Part shown: positions 26,600 to 40,339 of the stretch, piece after piece
How the letters are laid out: the number at the start of each line of letters is the position of its first letter
Position numbering within the stretch: position 1 is the first letter of the stretch
Source of the DNA: Octopus bimaculoides
Taxonomy: Eukaryota
Assembly: GCF_001194135.2 (NCBI RefSeq)
Contig: NC_068982.1
Coordinates: 24,486,827-24,550,826 of the forward strand
DNA length: 64,000 nt
Direction: 5' to 3'
The notes under the pieces: model-generated
Told to the model about the DNA's origin: nothing
Seen by the model: only the letters and a program-made list of their open reading frames with translations
The model's database searches: none
Program-made: the position numbers and the translations under genes

Positions 26600-27085
26600 T
26601 TTCGATCAAAGTTAAGCCCAAGTCGTATTTAATTTAATAGCACCGCATGATAGGATTTGTTGAATCGTTATTAAGTCTTGTGTCATCAAGACCTATCGAA
26701 GTAGGGAGCTTTTGCGCTCTCTGAGATGTTTGCAAGTATAGGTGGTTTATCTGGTATCCTTTGAAGAAATTTGATTTTGTATCTTTTGAAGGTGATTGGA
26801 TCTTGTTCTTCTTTGACTGGTTTTGTGATAATGTTAAATATATTAGAGCCTTTTGAGGAAAAGAAATTGTACTGCAATGAATTATTTGGCTTTGATACTG
26901 AATCGTGTTGGAGTATATGGGCGGTGGCCACAGCCTTAGATGAATTCTGAATCTGACATTAAGATGGTTTGGGAAATGTTGGTGGTACACGCTCCACATT
27001 GTTCAAATGAGCTAGCGTTCACGGCGATATTGGAGAGAACAATGTTTCAATTTTTCAAGGCGGTCCCACTGATCTAGATGAGATA
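26600..27085 (-). mobile_element. 5'-truncated CR1/Jockey-group LINE 3' end
   Basis: LD(Y)WDRL.KLKHCSLQYRRER..I..MW..YHQ.FPN; SLQYNFFSSKGSNIFNII.K..KEEQDPITFKRY.IKFLQRIPDKP. Confidence 0.8.
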
Positions 27086-29219
27086 TCGCCTCCGTGGTTG
27101 TCGTCGTCGTCGTTGTCGTCATCATAACGATGACTAATAATGTTTTTCGCATTAGATTTTTTATGGACAAATATATTTACAAAAATTAAATGTAGAAATA
27201 TTTTTTTATAGAAAATACTTCACTCTACTTCATTGCTATTTATTATTTGAACCATCAATAATAAATCTTTTCTGCTTTCATATAATTTTTTTAATTTTCT
27301 TTTTTTTTTTTGTCACCAAATTTTTAATTTGTTATATCCACATATTGACCACCTGTGCATAGTAATTCTTCTTACGGACAGCGTCACGTTTGGAAAGTGG
27401 CTTTTACTCTAATGAAGTTAGCAGGTGGTAAGATATTTATTACTTGTTACGTTGTAGGAAGCAGTGATGCGGAAAGAGCCCAATATTTCATGTGAATACT
27501 TGATTTTGTTATGTATTTCCCTTACACGAATGTTATCGCCTTTTATAGAGACTAGTTTCGTTTCAGAGGTTCAAATCTCCATTTGAATTAATGATTCACT
27601 TGAAATAGATTTCATTTGTAACGGATGCTCCGAATATAAGGAATATCATACATGCTCACCACATTTAACTTTTATATATTCCATGTACATTTGTGAAGTA
27701 AAAATGTCTGCTTATAGCAAATCGTGGAACTTATAGATTTAATGTTCATTTCGTATTCTGAACTGAAGTATTTGTGCAGATTGGGGTAAAATACACTTAA
27801 ATTCTTGTACACGAATATTTTGAAAATGAAACACATCTTGCTGGATTTGTATTCAAAGAATGGTTTCTACATTCCGTAAAATATATTATTGTTCAATTGG
27901 GTATTCAGATGGATATAAGTTAATGTTACATAATGCAGAAATATATAAAATATATATGCATAACCACCACAAAGACAAGTTATGATCTGACACTACCGAA
28001 TATGCATCTTTCATGTTCGTCTTATTTTCTCATACGTGCATTGCATTTCATAGCTATTCATATATCCTTATCGGACAATAATTATCTGTCACCATTTCTC
28101 TCTGTCTCTTTCTCGCTTACTTCCGCTTTCTCTCTCCATATATGTGTGTGTGTGTGTGTGTATGTATGTCTGTATACGTATTTCTCTCTCTCCCTCCCTC
28201 ACAGACATATACGCGCGTACTCACTCACATACACACACGCACACACATGCACAAGCAAACCCCAGCTACCTCACACGTATATGTACATACATAAGTTGAT
28301 CTTAATACTATTTTGCCAACGAGAAAAGTATGTATTCATATACCTGCATTCATGTCATTCTATATATAAATTCCTTCCGTGGTTGATATTTTACGCATCA
28401 CAAGTTTCATATGTTAGAAACAAGTGTTTTCTGATTGGAATGCGATCTTCGTAGCATTACATTTTCTCAAATATTATGAGGATGAAAGAGGTTTAAATCC
28501 CAGAAACACATCAGTATCCAAAGTATTATGCTGTATTCCGATATCAGAAATGAAACTCTAATATACTTCGCGTATTTTATACTGGTATATACCAGATAAT
28601 TTTACTTATGTCAAAGAGCAATACAGTAAATATAATTCACAATTTCTTATCAGGATTCTAGTAAAACTTAAGCAGACTATATAGATCGGATCAATGTGAA
28701 TGCTGAATTATACATTTCCAGTTTCATTAAGAAAATTATGCCTCAAACATTCAAGAAATTTGATTCGGTGTTGTTTCAAACGGCTAAATTTATGAAAAAA
28801 TATCTAGAATAATATAATCTCTTTAAAATTGTCGGTTAGCATATATAACTACTATCATATAATGAAAATATGAAAAAAAGTTTGGTGAGAATGTTAATTT
28901 TATATTGCATCAAGTTCATCCCACGTGCAGCATGGTAGAAAATATTTGATAACAATTTCTTTCAAATTATATTTCAGAAAATATAAATTAGTACAACATA
29001 GCCTTCGGTTACAGCAAAGGAAGTTGGACGTTTACTTTGATTTTTTGTCAGCCAAACACATTTCAGCAATAATAAGATATTTACTTGCAATTCGTAAAAG
29101 TATAAAGCTTATATCTGCGAAATAGTATACTTCCACATGAATAGCTATGTGCTCAACAGGATATTCTACAAAATTAACAGAGGTATATCAGTAACGTATT
29201 TCAAACGACAACAGAAAAC

Positions 29220-29221
29220 TG

Positions 29222-29285
<64 letters not shown>

Positions 29286-29320
29286 GACTACTACGACTAC
29301 TGCTGCTGCTGCTGCTACTG

Positions 29321-29409
<89 letters not shown>
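29220..29409. repeat. (CTA/CTG)n(AAT)n compound microsatellite
   Basis: Direct reading of the sequence. Confidence 0.95.
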
Positions 29410-29583
29410 TTGAAAACTTCTTAAGGCAATTGGAAATGCTATGCAAGATTGATGTCTCGCAAAAAAGCAGCGCACATCTTAAGTACGGTATTATATGTCA
29501 GAGGTCCTTGTTGTGACTTGACAGATGACTAAAGTCTCCGGTGCATTTTTTTACCGGTGCATTTTTACCTACAATGTGTTACG

Positions 29584-29780
29584 AAGGAATAATAATAATG
29601 TTCTATATTTAAGAGATGAGGAATTATGTACATTAGTTACGTTATTTACAGTATTTACATTCAACGAATATTTGTCCTTATCTTGTTTGTTGTTAACATA
29701 ACATTTCGGCTGATATACCCTCCAGCCTTCATCAGGTGTCTTGGGGTAATTTCGAACGTGGGATCTCATTTCTAAGGTAA
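29584..29780 (-). mobile_element. PLE-associated terminal repeat carrying a hammerhead motif
   Basis: Homologous to 39712-39850. Contains gacac-CTGATGA-a-ggctg..cagcc-GAAA on the minus strand. Confidence 0.7.
29694..29740 (-). ncRNA. Minimal type I hammerhead ribozyme motif (partly decayed)
   Basis: GACAC CUGAUGA A GGCUG-loop10-CAGCC GAAA UGUU AUGUU. Stem II is perfect; the expected GAAACGUU reads GAAAUGUU. Confidence 0.65.
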
Positions 29781-29787
29781 TTTTTGA

Positions 29788-29903
<116 letters not shown>

Positions 29904-29934
29904 ATGACACCAAAAATTAACTTTTTGCGAGACA

Positions 29935-31345
29935 AATCACTGATCTTGATCAAGAACATGGATCACTTTACACCAATGAAGTACAGACAACAGACTCAAC
30001 ACCACAGTAAACTACCACACATGTACGGTCTCCCTAAGACTCACAAGGACGCTGTTCCATTAAGACCTATAGTGAGCTGTAGGGGTTCAGCATGTCATCT
30101 ACTGAGCCGCTTCTTTGTGGATATAATCAGTCCATTAGCAGGAAATTCAACATCGTACGTGAAGAATTCCTCCCACTTACACAGAATTGATCAAGGATAC
30201 TCCCATTGAATCCAACCAGATGGTGAGTCTAGAAATGATAAGCCTGTTCACCAAAGTCGCAACTGGTGAAGCACTATCGGTGATACAAGAAAAAACTAGT
30301 GACAGACAGCCATCTAAAAGAACGCACTAGTATACCAATAGGAAACTTGATGGAAATGTTGACCATCTGTGTAGAAACTACCTACTTCCGTATGGACACT
30401 GATATATATCGACAAGAGGAGGAGTTAACTATGGGTTCGCCATTATCACCGGTAATAGCCAATATAAATATATGGAATAATTTGAGAATTTGGCTTTAGT
30501 ATCAACACCACTAAAACCAACACTATGGCTACGATATGTTGATGACGCCTTTATGCTCCGGCCCTAATAGGAAGATGTCCAAGTGCTGTTAGATCATATG
30601 AAATCAATAAAGCTGGCATTCCGGGACGTATTAATAACACGCACCAAGTATGGATTCAGGACATCCGTATACCGCAAGCCGACCTTTACTGTACGATACC
30701 TCAACTTCAATTCCCACTATCCATAAGTAGCAATCGTGATACACACCACGAAAAAATGATCAAGCTCAATAATGATCTGTTAAGCAACAACTACCCCAAA
30801 AGTATACTATCCACTCCGATTATGAAAGAGAGAGAGGATGAGGCCAGTAAACTGTCCACAGTCTGTCTACCCTATGTGAAAGGTCTCTCCGAAAAGATAC
30901 AAAAGATATGCGGCCCATATGACATCAGGAGAGTATTCAAGTGTAATACAACACTTCGCAAATATCTCCTTCGAGTAAAACCACCAATAAAACAGAATAT
31001 GACGAAAGACTGCGTGTACTCCATCCCATGCAGGTTATACAAGGCGAAACATTCCGTCTCCGCAAAATAAGGGTAGACGAACACCGCAATGATGTGACGC
31101 GAGGAGATATTCATAAATGGGTTATAGCTGATCAAGTATGGAAAAATGGAGATCACCTCCCCCTGTGGGATGAAGTTAAGAATAATAGACAGGAAATACC
31201 ACTGGAAGATACGAAAACTAAAAGATGCAGCACATATGCTAGGACACAACAACCTCTTATGTAGACCGAGTGCAGATATGAGCAGCATATAGGAACCAGT
31301 ATTAAGGACGGATAGAACAATATTAGATTTATAAGCCCTAAAATT
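29935..31345 (+). mobile_element. Decayed Penelope-like element (RT plus GIY-YIG)
   Basis: LPHMYGLPKTHKDAVPLRPIVSCRGS; ETTYF..YRQEEELTMGSPLSPVIANI; WLRYVDDAF; VYRKPTFT.RYLNFNSH; CLPYVKGLSEKI; CVYSIPC; RVDEHR. Many frameshifts. Confidence 0.93.
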
Positions 31346-31365
31346 CACTCTATAATTACCCACAA

Positions 31366-31430
31366 GCATATGGCGTAGTGGTTAAGAACGAGGGCTACTA
31401 CCCCCAAGATTCCGAGTTCGATTCCAGGCA
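31366..31430 (+). mobile_element. tRNA-derived SINE head (Pol III A/B boxes)
   Basis: tggcgtagtggttaag (A box) ... gagttcgattcc (B box). No complete cloverleaf. Confidence 0.75.
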
Positions 31431-31659
31431 CTTTCACTCTGTTTTCGGAGTTGGGTCTTTCTTTTCTCTGCTGTAGCTACCATCACTTATAGGACTTGTC
31501 AGCTTTTCAGAGTAGTCACACTTGTCTATCACTACTGGGATTGTCACTCTGTAGTCTTTTAATAGCGAACTTTTCTTCCTTAACGATGTGTGATTTAGGA
31601 GGTTGATATTGTTCAGGTCACTGCTTGGAATCGAGCTCGGAGATGAACTAAGGTGGAAA

Positions 31660-32320
31660 GTGAGACAGGTACTAGAAAAAGCAAAACCTCACGTATTTTG
31701 AGAAGTGAAGTGAAGCAGATTCAGAATATTTTTTGCGAATATGCACTTTCAAGTATTTTTCAAAATTGCAGACGTTTGAAGCAACATGTTCGGCAAGCTG
31801 TGTCGAACTATTGTTATTGTACCTGACGTCGTATCTGTGCCCATTAAATATTTTGTTTAATTGTTCTGTTGTACAACTGGCATAAATGAATTTGTGTTTC
31901 GTGCATTCTACCGTGTACAACAAATGGGAATCTCTACATGTTCAACCTTCTGTATAAATCATAACATTTATGTTATGATTCCTGATGGAATTCACTTGAC
32001 TCTTGTTGCACAATGAAAATTGCTTATCTTTCTTGCGGCTGTTTTTCAAGATGCAGCATGCAAATAATCCAATGTTTGTTTTCTTGGAGTTAGAAATAGA
32101 GGTCAATAATTCTCTCATATATTTATTGCGTCTAAAGTCTACGATAAACAGTTAAGGAAACATCTGTTGGAAACGAGGATATTTTTTTCGCCGCATGCTG
32201 GTAGCTTTCATGCACCACTTTTGAAATGCCAGCGAAATTTCGGTGCCAGTTAATTACTGAATGAATTCTGTCATCTATTGTACTATCTTTGCTAATCTTT
32301 TCTATTTCATACGCTGCTAT
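31660..32320 (-). mobile_element. Decayed Penelope-like element of a different family, linker plus GIY-YIG
   Basis: INWHRNFAGISKVVH..YPRFQQMFP..VDFRRNK.MRELL; LYTVECTKHKFIYASCTTEQLNKIFNGHRYDV..QLAEH. Confidence 0.75.
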
Positions 32321-32324
32321 TTCC

Positions 32325-32478
32325 TACAATCCTGAATCACGAAATGTTATGATCAATAAGGAAGGTGGGACATGTAAAGATTTCCATTTGGTGTACGCGG
32401 CAGAATACACGAAACACAACTTGAATTATGCTGGTTGTGCAAGCGAACAATTAAACAAATAATTTAATGGGCATAATA
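32325..32478 (+). mobile_element. Inverted copy of the GIY-YIG segment at about 31835-31990
   Basis: LVYAAEYTKHNLNYAGCASEQLNK*FNGH; the nucleotide match to the reverse complement of 31835-31990 is visible by eye. Confidence 0.8.
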
Positions 32479-32774
32479 ATTTAATGCGAATAAGACCATT
32501 AAAAACTGTTATATGGTTAAAAGTGATAACAGCGTCCCTAGAACATCGTCCTTCCCACAAGGTTAGAAGATATGCATTTAGGCCTTAAGTGGAGGGGGTC
32601 GTGTCTGAAAAGTATATTAAAGTCTCCACCCAACGCTGTGAAAACTGGCGATATGTCTCCTAACTATTTAGCGATTAATGCACAAAGTTTATTTACTTTT
32701 AAATACCAAAATGTGTACAGAAAGTTGGTAACTGGAACGGTATGTGTTGCCACTTCTATTTCTCATCATTTTTA

Positions 32775-33630
32775 TGGATGAGATTTGCAGCTTGGTTAGT
32801 AATGGTATCGAGAACGGCGACTGAAGAATCTGTCACCCAGTATTTGCAGACAACCTGGTACAACTCAGCCTATCAGAAGTATCCGAGATGTAGTTGATTG
32901 ATTTGCCGCTGACGCTGCTCAGCAAAAATAAAAATCAGTGCCGTGATGACTGACAGATTATTCCACTAACAGTGTCCTCTGCAGTCCACTCTATAAGTTA
33001 GTATAGTTCCACTGAGACCGGTGGATATATCCAGGTACCTCGGGGCGTATTCAGGAGGTATTTAAGGCAGGAAGCAGAATTATGGGCAAGAAATCCAGAC
33101 ACCGGTGCAGTAATGTGCCCAATTAAGCATCCAGTCATCAGAAAAAAGGAGGTGGGTCTAAAATGCATGCACGATCTCTTCAATGTGCCTACTCTTACAT
33201 ACGGTCATGAATCTTGGATAGTGATCGAAAGAAAACGTTCTAGAATACAAGCAGAGGACATAGGGTTCCTTCGAATGAGCATTGCAGTTACTGGATAATT
33301 TTCATAGCTCTGAGAACAGAGAGGTGCTTGAGGTAAACTATAACTGCTTCGAATTGGGATCACGGCTCCGACACTACAGATATCTGTTAAGAATGTCACG
33401 GGAAGAATCACGTTACACGTCTTAGGCGCAAAGCCAACAGGCAGGAGATCCAGGGTAGACCAAAATTAAGATAGTTGGATAATACTCTTGATCTCAGGTA
33501 GTCTCACGTCCAACCAGGTCAACTAGAGATGCTTGTTTCTAACAGGATCCGATGGAATATTTTCTTGAAGGCTCTGCACTAAAACTCTCTCGAGAATGGT
33601 GGGCAAAGACAATGAGATATGATGAGATGA
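32775..33630 (+). mobile_element. Decayed RTE-clade LINE (RT C-terminal half)
   Basis: FADNLV.L; YLG; FNVPTLTYGHESW..ERKRSRIQAED.GFLR; AKPTGRRS.GRP..R.LD. Confidence 0.8.
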
Positions 33631-33699
33631 ATTTCAGTAAATAACGAACAATACATTAGTATATATAGCATTAGACATATTATTTTTAAAAATGTAGAA

Positions 33700-33792
33700 T
33701 GGGCCTCGTCCCACTGCATAGAACCTTTCCCCAAATATATTCTTGATTTGCCCCGGGCCGACCAGAGCCTTCTGAGTGGATTTCGTAGACGT
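33700..33792 (+). mobile_element. SINE fragment (same family as 25823-26280)
   Basis: gggccgaccagagccttctgagtggatttcgtagacg. Confidence 0.65.
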
Positions 33793-33808
33793 ATGTAAAC
33801 ATATATAT

Positions 33809-33875
<67 letters not shown>

Positions 33876-34066
33876 NNNNNNNNNNNNNNNNNNNNNNNNN
33901 NNNNNNNNNNNNNNNNNNNNNNNNNNNNNNNNNNNNNNNNNNNNNNNNNNNNNNNNNNNNNNNNNNNNNNNNNNNNNNNNNNNNNNNNNNNNNNNNNNNN
34001 NNNNNNNNNNNNNNNNNNNNNNNNNNNNNNNNNNNNNNNNNNNNNNNNNNNNNNNNNNNNNNNNNN

Positions 34067-34097
<31 letters not shown>

Positions 34098-34469
34098 TAT
34101 ATACATTGTCCTTACCTTCCAAACGCGGAGTAGATGAAACAGGGGACAACTGATGAAGGAGAATGTACTTTATGTTGCCTGTCTCGTTTCTCTGTTTGTT
34201 TGTTCTTTCATTGTTCGAAAAACGTTCGTTTTCTATGTTTTTGCTTTTATGTTTTCTCATTGTATCTACGTTTTTTTAATGTCCTGATCCCATACGTGCA
34301 TGTATATATACATATATATGTAGGTATGTACATATATGTATGTATATATGCATATATTTATATATTATTCATATTATTATGCATATATATATATGCGTAT
34401 GTGTGTGCGCATGTGTTTGTGCATATATGTGTATGTGTGCATGTATACACACACAAAATACAAATACAC

Positions 34470-34580
34470 ACACACGGTCTTCTTTCAGTTTCCGCCTACC
34501 GGAACCGCTCGCAAGTGTTTGGTCGGCCTGATTCTGTAGTAAAAGACATAAACCTAAGATGCCACGCAGTAGGAGAGAAC
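34470..34580 (-). mobile_element. SINE fragment (same family as 25823-26280)
   Basis: tctttcagtttccgcctacc...ttggtcggcc...gccacgcagt resembles 26125-26220. Confidence 0.65.
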
Positions 34581-36064
34581 TCTGTAGCGGACAAATCATA
34601 CGTCACAATGTTTGCCATGCTAGCTATTTGCTACACACAGTCAGCTTGCCTGTGCGTATGTGTGTGTGTGTGTGCCTTTGAGAGTGCCTTTGTGAGTATG
34701 CATAGATATAAATGGATCTGCTCCATTTACAAAGCAAATCAATTTTAATTTATTTCTTATTGAAATTATACAGATTGAGATGAGTCAACTCATGAAATGG
34801 CTATTTAATTTGCACTTAATATCCTTTAAATCACATGACGTTTTAAAAGTGGTTGGATTCGTAGACACGACTTTGTTTTTTATTTGGTAATTGTATCAGT
34901 GGTATTGTCCCTGAAACCCCTTAATCTCATTTCCTGGAACCAGCATTGTTCGTTCTGCAACACTCGTGGGTACACTGCATTCCTTCAAACGGATCTAATA
35001 TAATTGTGAATGCACGTCTGAGTATATGTTATTGAACGATTACGTGTGTTTATGTTCAGCATTCGTTTGTGGATATCTCATATGTTTAAGTGTATTTGTA
35101 AGGCAGCTATTCTGTGAAGAGATATATTAATTTGCACATCAGCAATGACATTTATCTGAAAATTAATTACACAAGCAAACGTACACACTTTATTAAGAAG
35201 GGAAATTATAATAAATTTCTGAAGTCAGTATCAGTATTCTATTTTATTCATGGTATTACAAGTCACAGAAGACGAAGTATTCACTGCGAAAAAATAATGT
35301 TGATCTCAACATACCTATCTGTCAGCGAGCCCCACAGAATTATTAGATTTATAAATGTTTGACGGTTATCAACTTAGACAGGATACAAGGTCTGTTTAGC
35401 ATATTCAACACACATGATGAGTCTAACAAAAGAGTGTGAAAGACAGAAGAGAACAGATAAAATAAATGCCACGTTTGTAGCTTCTGAGGTCTGCTTATTA
35501 CAGTTTTCATTATAAATTACACGGGATGAATCGGAATAAATATATAAAAATAATGTACTATGAATAATTGTACAAAAAGAAATAAAAGAAATACTTAAAG
35601 ATGTATTCTATTGAAAATTCTGTAGCATGTCTAACATGCTGAACTGGACACAAACATTTCGATATATACAGGTCACTGCATTTGTCCGGTCGAGTAATCA
35701 AAGTATATATTTGTTATACGATGCCCTTTTATTAAAGCTACTAAACGTTCTGAGAGAAACGGAAAGAAAACAAAATGTGTTAATATTTTCACAAATTTAT
35801 TCGTGTGTGTAGTTTGGTAAATGTTGCAAATAATATATCATCGTTGATATTACCAAAGGGATTGTATTAAAAATCTAGAAGGAAACTGATACAGAAATTA
35901 AATTGTATAGATATGTGGATCACATGTTGGAATTCATGTTTCAGAAGCTGTAAACTGCCTAATTGAAATAACATTATTTTTGTATTTCTATATATGTTGA
36001 TCTATATGAATTTTTTTTTTATTGATAAGCAGTATACATACAATGTAGCACATGCACATGAAAA

Positions 36065-36114
<50 letters not shown>

Positions 36115-38959
36115 AAAACACACGCATACATCTATAAACAGAGTTTTATCGAGTGTGGTCTAGTGTCTACATGTTTATATTTCCCCTCTCTCCATAAATA
36201 CAAACATACACGTGCAACTGCATGCTTGTGTTATATATATATATATTATCTGTATTTGACGATGCAGAATATATTAAACTGTTTGCATTCTTTTGATAAA
36301 TTCCCGTATAAATGTATTGCACATAAGTAATTTTCGTTTGATATTAGTCAAAGTAAAATAAGATGAATAAGTTGTATACAAATACTGGAGTAGTGGATAT
36401 GTACTAATTTCTATGAAAGTAAACGTGTCATTTAACAATAAAAACCAGTGGTTGTTTCATCACATTCCAGATCAATAAGAAATAAGGCGACGTTATTTTT
36501 GTTTATTAGAAAAGGTAGTAGTATGTCGGTTATATTTTATGATACCACAATAAAATATCAATCGATTATCTCGCAAATTCTATGTTTTAATTTGAAATGA
36601 GGACTGAAGATCAATAAACGAACCACTATCAAACGATATTGTCGTGTGTTGGAGCAAAATCGCAAACACAAGAACCAACCAATTCCACCTCAAACTTTCT
36701 CTTCCCTTGCTGTCTAACATTTTCTTTCTTTCTGTCTCTCTTCCTCTGACACACTCATACATACCTGCACATGATCATACAAAACTTTTCCCAAACACAC
36801 ACATAATTATATATATNNNNNNNNNNNNNNNNNNNNNNNNNNNNNNNNNNNNNNNNNNNNNNNNNNNNNNNNNNNNNNNNNNNNNNNNNNNNNNNNNNNN
36901 NNNNNNNNNNNNNNNNNNNNNNNNNNNNNNNNNNNNNNNNNNNNNNNNNNNNNNNNNTATATATATATATATATATATACATACATACATACATACATAC
37001 ATACATACATACACCTCCTCACACAAACATATGTATGTGTGAACGTGTATATTCAGAAATTCTAATAGACCAGCTTTACAAAATTATCTACGTATTATGA
37101 GTACGTATGTAGATTATGGTAACTTTCGGATAATCGTTTGAGATGAATATCATAAATACTATCACTCGATTAAAAGACAAGGTCTCGTACCGTTATAGTC
37201 ATAAAACTCTTTCTCCGCAATTTCTCTTGATATTTTTACAACGAATGGATTCGAGACACGTCAAATATGGGCTTGCGCACTTATGTATTTTATTTGAAAA
37301 TTTTGTGATTGTAAGTTTTATTCCACTTTGTTGAATCACAGCTAAAATAATATCAACTACAACTCGATTGTACAAATGACAGATGACGGAAATTGTGTAA
37401 ATTTCCATTAGATTAATGTTCCACCTCTTGGTGGTTAGAATTAATTTGTCAGTGTTTTAAATTAACTCGCATTATTGTAGATGCTCCGAAAAGCGTCGTG
37501 TGTGCTACACTTTCTGCTGTAACTAAATCTATTACAAAATTATTAACCAGTTTAGGAAAAAGTTATGTAAAAGATGGATAGGAAAATTAATGATGCTATA
37601 TTACGTAATGTAACACCGAAATAGAATATACATAAACATCAAGATGGATATGCGAGATAACCGTAAATACACCAGTATCATTGCTATACTAACAATTATT
37701 ATTAATAATATATATTTCCCTCGTGTCTATTATCTATTTAAATTCACGATGAAAATTCAGGTTACTTTTCTGTGTTTATATTTTTAAATTATGGATCTAC
37801 TTTATATTATTGATAATTACTCTCCCCACGAATTTAAGAACGATAACGTATTTTTCTATTATATGCTTAACTGATGCGCAATAAAAATATGTGTATATAA
37901 TTATGAGCGTTTAATTTGAGCAATATTCATCACCTAACGATAATGTTCACGTTGGTTGTTAAGAGCAGAACGATGTATGTAAAAACGATTATCAGTGTAA
38001 TAAAATTTTCTTCATAGTCATGTAATGCAGTTTCAAAAAATTTAATGAAAAGGAAGATAATCCCTATAAATTAAACTTAATTTTATAGATAATTGAAATA
38101 TTTATCATTACTTGTGTGACATGTACAGCCTGTTGTCGCCCTCATTCAGTTTCACGAGCAAATCATAGCATTCACTTGCTTGCTGTGAGGAGTAAAATAT
38201 ATATTTCCAAATAATATAGCAGAAAAAGTAACTTGGCTGATTGTAATTTACTTGAGATGAGTTGAGGAAAATAGCTGATGTCGCTAGGAATTTTCCAAGT
38301 ATTTAAAGATTTATGAGAAAATTAGGTTTTTCTCTTGTCTAATTTGATCCGTTTTGATCCATTGCGTGACCTGTGCGCGTGCGTACCTGGATATGTGTGA
38401 TAGCATGTGTGCCTTAATATCCGTCGATGTTGAAATTATATATATACATAAACATACATACGTACATACATATATANNNNNNNNNNNNNNNNNNNNNNNN
38501 NNNNNNNNNNNNNNNNNNNNNNNNNNNNNNNNNNNNNNNNNNNNNNNNNNNNNNNNNNNNNNNNNNNNNNNNNNNNNNNNNNNNNNNNNNNNNNNNNNNN
38601 NNNNNNNNNNNNNNNNNNNNNNNNNNNNNNNNNNNNNNNNNNNNNNNNNNNNNNNNNNNNNNNNNNNNNNNNNNNNNNNNNNNNNNNNNNNNNNNNNNNN
38701 NNNNNNNNNNNNNNNNNNNNNNNNNNNNNNNNNNNNNNNNNNNNNNNNNNNNNNNNNNNNNNNNNNNNNNNNNNNNNNNNNNNNNNNNNNNNNNNNNATA
38801 TATATATATATATATATATACATATATATATACATACATACATATGTTTTTAAAACTACACGTTAAGTACAGGGCTTCAACAACATGTGACAAATTGACG
38901 AATGCGTAAATATACGGACAGAATACCAAAAAATACACATTAAGTACAGGGTTTCACCA

Positions 38960-39105
38960 ACGAGAGATCAGAGAGGGGCTATAAATGCTCCGAATTGATA
39001 TCACATCTCTGATACTACAGATATGTGTTAAGAATATCATGAGAATGAATCACGTTACCAGTTTAGGCGCAAAACCAACAGGCGGGAGATCAAAGGTAGA
39101 CTCTG
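38960..39105 (+). mobile_element. RTE LINE fragment
   Basis: Homologous to 33320-33460 (ctacagatat.tgttaagaat.tca..aatcacgttac..ttaggcgcaaa.ccaacaggc.ggagatc). Confidence 0.75.
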
Positions 39106-39117
39106 TACGGTTTTTTT

Positions 39118-39595
39118 ATTATTGTCCACTATTCATCGCATCTTACAATACTGTCAAGAAATGGATCGGTTTGGTTACGGAGAAGAAGCGACGAACAAAT
39201 TTCATAAATGCGCATTTTCTGATTTTCATCCAAATCGCCTGGTAACCATCCGTCAAACTGTTTTGATTTTCCGATCGTATGCAAATGGTTGCAGGCATTT
39301 TCTGATTAACGTGAAGTACTTTTGCCAGTTCTCCTGTGGCTGTTGCGTGGCCCTTTCTCAATGACGGTCTTTAATTAAACGTCATCGATGATAGATGGGT
39401 GTCCACTACGCTCACGATCTTCAAGTCTCAGGTCTCCACTGCGGAATCGTTTAAACTATTTACGAGCTGACCACTCACTGGCTATTTCCTCACCAAAACT
39501 TTTGCTGATATCGCGAGCAGCTTCAGCTAGTTTACGTCCTTTTTTTTAAAGTTGAATAGTACAATTACTCGAATATCGCGCTTTGAAAGTTCCAT
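39118..39595 (-). mobile_element. Mariner transposase 5' half, decayed (third copy, different lineage)
   Basis: MELSKRDIRVIVLFNFKKGRKLAEAARDISKSFGE..FKRFRSGDLRLEDRERSGHP..HLHTIGKSKQFDGW..LLLRNQTDPFLDSIVRCDE*W. Confidence 0.85.
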
Positions 39596-39772
39596 CTGAG
39601 ATGATTGTAACAACGGTGAGAAAAATATCAATATCAATATATCCTAATGTTATAGGAAGGAATAATTTTATTTTATTTATATTGTGAAATGTTCAAGGAA
39701 TAATTCACTAATACTATTCTACATTTTTGAGATGAGGAATTATGGATAGACGTCCTTACCTTGTTTGTTGTT

Positions 39773-39820
39773 ACCACAACGTTTCGGTTGATGTACTCTC
39801 CAGCCTTCATCAGTTGTTCT
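39773..39820 (-). ncRNA. Minimal type I hammerhead ribozyme motif within a PLE-type repeat (39712-39850)
   Basis: AACAA CUGAUGA A GGCUG-loop-CAACC GAAACGUU GUGGU. The catalytic core is intact; stems I and II have mismatches. Confidence 0.65.
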
Positions 39821-39925
39821 GGTGAATTTCGAACCCAACTCATTATTCTGGGGTACTCTGTTATCATTCCTGAGGAATTCATTTTTGCTGATTTGATTTT
39901 ATCTGTTGATAATATTTCCCAAGTT

Positions 39926-39990
39926 CTTGCCTGACATTGAACTCATAATCCGAAGGTTAGTAGCCAGTGCTCTTACCCTCTACGCTATTT
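39926..39990 (-). mobile_element. tRNA-derived SINE head
   Basis: Reverse complement tagcgtagagggtaagagcactggctactaacc..gagttcaatgtcaggca resembles 31366-31430. Confidence 0.65.
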
Positions 39991-40339
39991 CCTCGTGACC
40001 GATTACAGAGTGAATTTTAGGGCTTATAGACTTTCTATTCTATGTTTTCTTAATACCAGTTTCTATATTACATTCATATCTGTACTCTATCAGCTTGGGA
40101 GGTTATTGCGTCCTAGCTTCTTTTAATTTTAGTATTGCCCAGTGGTGTTCTCTGTCTACTATTATAACTTCGTCCCACAGTGTGAGAATTCATTGTTATA
40201 TAAGAGTTATACAGCACAACAATGCGTATTTTATAAGTATATAAAATGGCAACAAGCTATGAACATTTGGTTGCGTTTATTCTGATGCATACATACATAC
40301 AAACGCACATACGTATTGACACACACACATATACAGAAG

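Noticed and set aside
27382-27427. 46-bp + strand micro-exon (acag|...GTG|gtaag)
   Set aside because: Splice-like signals of this strength occur by chance in AT-rich DNA. The peptide is uninformative and has no partner exon.
31366-31430. Genuine tRNA gene
   Set aside because: A and B boxes are present, but no complete acceptor stem or cloverleaf could be formed. It fits a SINE head.
34140-34235. CTGATGA suggesting a hammerhead
   Set aside because: No GAAA follows a closing stem II at the required position. It looks like an interspersed repeat, but the fold is unsupported.
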